DNA of 52,928 nucleotides from Gammaproteobacteria bacterium (GTDB lineage Bacteria; Pseudomonadota; Gammaproteobacteria; M30B25): NCBI GenBank assembly GCA_018402195.1, contig JAGYIW010000006.1, positions 1 to 52,928 of the forward strand, read 5' to 3'. Shown piece by piece: positions 50,424 to 52,928 of this stretch (position 1 is its first letter; each line of letters starts with the position of its first letter). The notes under the pieces were generated by a model. It saw only the letters and a program-made list of their open reading frames with translations, ran no database searches and was not told where the DNA came from. The position numbers and the translations under genes were made by a program.

Positions 50424-51239
50424 GTGAACACAGGGATAAAAATCAAAACAAAAAACAACTTTGGCTTAAGCAAAATGCAACTGGCATTGATACATTGCTT
50501 GAAAAAGCAAGCAAGCTGGACCAAGAAAGCACTGAGCCAAAAAGCGAAACTTAGCGAAGAACAAACTCAGGCTGTTATCAAGCAATTGATAGCATTAGGC
50601 GCCAGAATAAGTCTGGGCAGCACCATCAACTGCCAGACTGATTGGCTAAACGTTCAAACTATCCACCAGCATTTGCCAGATGGGCAACACATGCCCCACT
50701 GCTACTTGTTTAATACTGTGCCATCTAGCAACAGCACGCTAATGCATCTAGCACAAACATACCGTGAGAAAGCAGCACTATGCCTCAGCGAACATCAAAG
50801 TCATGGCCGTGGCCAACACAACAATCGCTGGGTATCCCCACTCGGATCTAATTTGTATTTTTCTTTATTACATCCTTTCCGACAGCAAGATGCATTAACA
50901 CCCATGAGTGAACAAGTGGCCCACTGGGTATCACAAGCAATCAAAGACTATGGCATTGATGCTGAACTCACTATCAAAGCGCCTAACGACATATTGCACC
51001 AAGACAAAAAACTCTGTGGAATCTTGATTGAAACTCTGGTTCGCCCCAAGCACTCAGCTATTGTCATTGGCATTGGCATTAATCTAAATATGTCTATGAC
51101 AAACATTTCACCTCCAATTGATCAACCCTGGACAGACTTGGCATCCATTTCCGGCAAGCCTATTGATAGAAATCGTTTTTGTGCGTGTCTAATGAGTGTT
51201 TTACTCAAACAATTGTCTCAGACAAAAACCACTAACTAG
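50424..51239 (+). CDS. birA: Biotin-protein ligase (short BirA)
   Basis: EHQSHGRGQ..W.SP, IKAPND, KKLCGILIE, IGIGIN. Confidence 0.88.
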   Translation: MNTGIKIKTKNNFGLSKMQLALIHCLKKQASWTKKALSQKAKLSEEQTQAVIKQLIALGARISLGSTINCQTDWLNVQTIHQHLPDGQHMPHCYLFNTVPSSNSTLMHLAQTYREKAALCLSEHQSHGRGQHNNRWVSPLGSNLYFSLLHPFRQQDALTPMSEQVAHWVSQAIKDYGIDAELTIKAPNDILHQDKKLCGILIETLVRPKHSAIVIGIGINLNMSMTNISPPIDQPWTDLASISGKPIDRNRFCACLMSVLLKQLSQTKTTN

Positions 51240-51241
51240 GG

Positions 51242-52928
51242 CTAGCGAGAATCTGGGCCCAAAAATGAATCATCCAAGTCACCATCTTGAAGAAATAGGT
51301 GTTCAGGATCGCTGGCATCAGCAATTTCATCTCGAATACGTTCCATTATGCTCAGTTTCTCTTCCAATAAGACCAACAGATTTTTCAAGCTAGGGTAAGA
51401 CTCTTTATGAAGTTCCAACTGCACTTCAGAGGAAAAATCTGAAGGTATTTCATCAACTTCTGCAGATATTTCATCAATTAATGCCTTCAAATCAATATTA
51501 CGATCAGCTTCAATCGTATCAATATCTAATGCCTTCAAGCCTTCTAACAGCATATTAGCTAAGTAGTGTCGATTACTGGACAAGCTAACTTTCCCACCAG
51601 TTCCATCTTGCAACTCAAATATAAAAGCTTGATCTTGATCACTACAATCAATTGCCATCGAGATTAAATCTTTGACAACATCCTCTTGACATTGAACAGC
51701 ATCAGAAAAGAGTTCAGCAGTTTTTTCTGACATTTGACCCTCATCTTTAACCAAAGCTACTAATGCCTCTGCAAGATAAAGAACTGCGCGAGATTCAGCC
51801 GACAAATAAATATTAGTGGCCAGAGCTGCCGTATCCCACTGCATCCACAAGTTTCTAACTGATTTAGGACATTCGCCAGCATTTATAAGGGCAATCATCC
51901 CAGGAACATTATTATATATGGCTACAATGGCGAGAGGTGGCAAAACAACCTCTTCGGTCAATGAAGCATCACTCTCAGCCAACTCTGCAAACAATCCGGG
52001 GTTAGCCTCAGCCAAATCTTCATCCGCAAACAATCCGGGATTGGCCTTAACCAAATCTTCATACACAAACTGGGGATGGCGATCTGCAACATCCATCATT
52101 AAGTCAAACAAAGGCATTGGAAAAGCTGAGTAGCGACCATGAAAACCACAATCCTCCAAAGAAATATTGTGCGTCAATGATGATTTTATCAGCCATTTTA
52201 CCAGCTCAAGGTTACCTGCATGTAAAGGTTGCACGCATGCCATACCCAAAGGAAAAAAACCCTGAGCATTTTGGACCCGCAACATACTTGGCTGAGTATC
52301 TATCATGGTTTTTAAACACTCAAAAGCAACCTTTGAGTTATCATTGAAATGTATCCACAAAAACAAGGCATGATCACCTTTGAATTCACCTGCAGCAGGT
52401 GCATGGCTCAAATCAAACTTACCTTGCTTAGATAGGGCACTGACAAGATCCCAATCTTTGTTGGCAACAGCCTGGTGCAAGAGTGAAAAATGATTGTCTT
52501 CTGTAACAAAAACATCAATCTCGCTGAGACTTTCCTGCATGCTAGATCTGGATGAAGACAAACGATGTGCTATTTGCTTTTGCTTATCTTGCAATTTACC
52601 AAGTTTAGCGATCAATTCATCATATTTACCTACTGGTTTTTTAGAACTGCTAACAGCAAATGTTCCTAGACTGAAAATAGCATTTGCGCTTGCTGACCAA
52701 CCTTGGCTCCTAAGCCAGTTACCTGCAGTATCCCTAAGACCCGGGTCAATAGTAGCTAACATATCCACCTGGCTGGGAACGGCTTCAGAAACAAATGCAA
52801 AATCAGGATCAACCCAACCAAAACACGCTTGATATGATTTTTTAAGATCACTTAACTCATTCTCAAATATCTTTTTCTCTGCATTGGAAGATTGGCTGAG
52901 TGCTTTTTCCACTCGAGTATTTAAAATT
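51242..52928 (-). CDS. Ankyrin-like repeat hypothetical protein with acidic tail; frame open to the window edge
   Basis: SLLHQAV, GFFPLGMAC..NLELVKWLI and PPLAIVAIYNN degenerate ankyrin motifs. Confidence 0.65.
   Translation of the reverse strand, partial: ILNTRVEKALSQSSNAEKKIFENELSDLKKSYQACFGWVDPDFAFVSEAVPSQVDMLATIDPGLRDTAGNWLRSQGWSASANAIFSLGTFAVSSSKKPVGKYDELIAKLGKLQDKQKQIAHRLSSSRSSMQESLSEIDVFVTEDNHFSLLHQAVANKDWDLVSALSKQGKFDLSHAPAAGEFKGDHALFLWIHFNDNSKVAFECLKTMIDTQPSMLRVQNAQGFFPLGMACVQPLHAGNLELVKWLIKSSLTHNISLEDCGFHGRYSAFPMPLFDLMMDVADRHPQFVYEDLVKANPGLFADEDLAEANPGLFAELAESDASLTEEVVLPPLAIVAIYNNVPGMIALINAGECPKSVRNLWMQWDTAALATNIYLSAESRAVLYLAEALVALVKDEGQMSEKTAELFSDAVQCQEDVVKDLISMAIDCSDQDQAFIFELQDGTGGKVSLSSNRHYLANMLLEGLKALDIDTIEADRNIDLKALIDEISAEVDEIPSDFSSEVQLELHKESYPSLKNLLVLLEEKLSIMERIRDEIADASDPEHLFLQDGDLDDSFLGPDSR

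Overview
Chromosomal window (low-to-mid 40s % GC by eye) from a gammaproteobacterium, most likely a host-associated Legionellales/Coxiellales-like lineage. That assignment rests on an AnkH/LegA3-like protein, a Pht-like MFS transporter, an OmpA/IcmN-CmpA-like protein and many eukaryote-like domains. The backbone is housekeeping: amgK, lptD-surA-pdxA-rsmA, usp, aas, ileS, accD-truA, fimV, asd, htpG, cybB, rpoS, surE, argR and birA. Three related mobile cassettes interrupt it (1102-4885 with a 9-bp TSD, 26374-29459, ~39360-41521), all associated with the IS end CAGCAATTCTCGGTGAA. Each carries an effector-like gene with an exchangeable N-terminal module (coiled coil; eukaryote-like protein kinase; U-box plus coiled coil) fused to one shared C-terminal domain. 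That domain contains a ~90-100-nt GC-rich segment between fixed anchors that differs strongly among the copies and is adenine-depleted in copies 1 and 2. It lies tail-to-tail with a YMDD reverse transcriptase that lacks the DGR SQ motif. The best candidate for an undescribed system is therefore an IS-mobilised, RT-linked effector diversification cassette, DGR-like but with no obvious template repeat or avd. Caveat: dense indels in the repeated cassettes and in the 5' ends of htpG and lptD suggest assembly errors, so pseudogene status and part of the variability need read-level confirmation.
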